A DNA stretch of 64,000 nt, from contig NW_018405514.1 of NCBI RefSeq assembly GCF_002113885.1, positions 280,297 to 344,296 on the forward strand, in the 5' to 3' direction. Under the pieces are notes generated by a model that saw only the letters and a list, made by a program, of their open reading frames with translations, ran no database searches and was not told the origin of the DNA. A program made the translations under genes and the position numbers. This document shows positions 62,942-64,000 of the stretch, one piece after another. The stretch is from Mizuhopecten yessoensis (Eukaryota). The stretch's first letter is position 1. Each line of letters starts with the position of its first letter.

Positions 62942-64000
62942 TGGGGTTGATATCCTCTTATGGCCAGCTTGTTAACGACTGTAAAATAAAACAGGTCCTG
63001 ATTGTTTGTAAATAGGTTATATAACAATGAGTTTTAAATTGTTTGGTATAGTTAAAACGTATTGAAATACAGTTTATTTCAGTCAATTATTTGTATAACC
63101 GTGGATATATTGATACAATGCTAGATAGATAGCTGAATGTGTTCCCCCCATGGACAATAAGCCATAGGTAAACTATCAAGACATTTTACCACAAAACTGC
63201 ATTTCTAAAGTACCATTCTGACAGAATTTACGACTTTTTGACAACAAAAGTAACTAGTATTGACTATAAATTTGTGATTTTGTAAGATATTCTTTACATT
63301 TGAATGTTAAATGTGACAAATTTAAGAACAATTATGAATAGCATTAGAGAAAGATGGTCCACTCACCCTTGAAAAGAAAGACTGAGTACTCTCTAAAAGC
63401 TTTGTACGATGCCACCATACTCTGGAAGTTAGAATGAGCTAGATTTCCTGTATCCTCATCATATTGCCATTCTGCATTAACCAGTTGTAATCGGAATTTC
63501 AGGATAAGAGAAAAGATGTCCTGTATGATTTTCATCACTGCCCCAGCTTTCTTGTTCAGTAAGCATCTGCCATAAAATATATAAAAATATATCAATGCCA
63601 TATCAATCACCACAAACTAGATTCTGACTAATACACTTCAATATCTTGAATATGAATGTTAAAATTTGAATCCCTAACTACAAGCTTTTAAATTAAACGA
63701 ATCAAAATATCTTCATTCTTTGAGAATTTTAAAAATTTTGTACATAATCTTCAAAACAAGTAAATCTAAAACCTGGTTACAGCACTACAAAATGTTTACA
63801 AAAAGACATTCTCTTAAAAAGACCATGCACCAGCTAACAGTATCAACAGATAAGAATTTTGTGCATTTGAGAGCATGGTCTCAAAACCAAGTTGTGTGGT
63901 TGTACTGAGAGGCAGAGGGATTGGTATTCCTACCTGAATATGGCTTTATCTAGGTAGTTGGAGTGGACCTTATGTAGGTCATCAAGGTTGTGGACATCGC
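62887..64000 (-). CDS. TUBGCP6: Gamma-tubulin complex component 6, last three exons (gene continues beyond the window)
   Basis: Exons 63934-64000 (DLHKVHSNYLDKAIFR), 63367-63566 (CLLNKKAGAVMKIIQDIFSLILKFR..YSVFLFK), 62887-62978 (VVNKLAIRGYQPHLQELLLRLNFNDYYKAR*). This matches the GCP6-type C-terminus (RGYQPHLE..LLR.NFN.YY) as I recall it. Confidence 0.92.

Overview
AT-rich animal genomic DNA. The repeat families (Helentron-like HINEs, CORE/V/Meta-type SINEs) suggest a bivalve mollusc, possibly a scallop; this is an inference. I reconstructed three intron-rich genes by hand from splice sites and translation. WBP11 (minus strand, 13 coding exons seen, 31241-43043) and EXOC7/Exo70 (plus strand, 20 coding exons seen, 47226-59338) are head-to-head across a ~300-bp bidirectional promoter. 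The 3' end of TUBGCP6 (minus strand, 62887-64000) converges on EXOC7. The N-terminal exons of WBP11 and EXOC7 are not visible and may lie in single-N scaffold gaps (44693, 46828). Bases 1-30,000 contain no recognisable coding exon: many minisatellites, SINEs, foldback and Helentron-like elements, and possibly the 5' exons of an unidentified minus-strand gene. Most notable observations: (i) each of the three genes carries a tandem array seeded from one of its own exon ends, giving ~20 decoy 5' splice sites in WBP11 and in EXOC7 and a repeated C-terminal coding segment in TUBGCP6; (ii) the splicing factor WBP11 lies ~17-20 kb from TUBGCP6, its reported critical splicing target in human cells. 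The long repetitive ORFs in the ORF track are minisatellite or N-gap artefacts.
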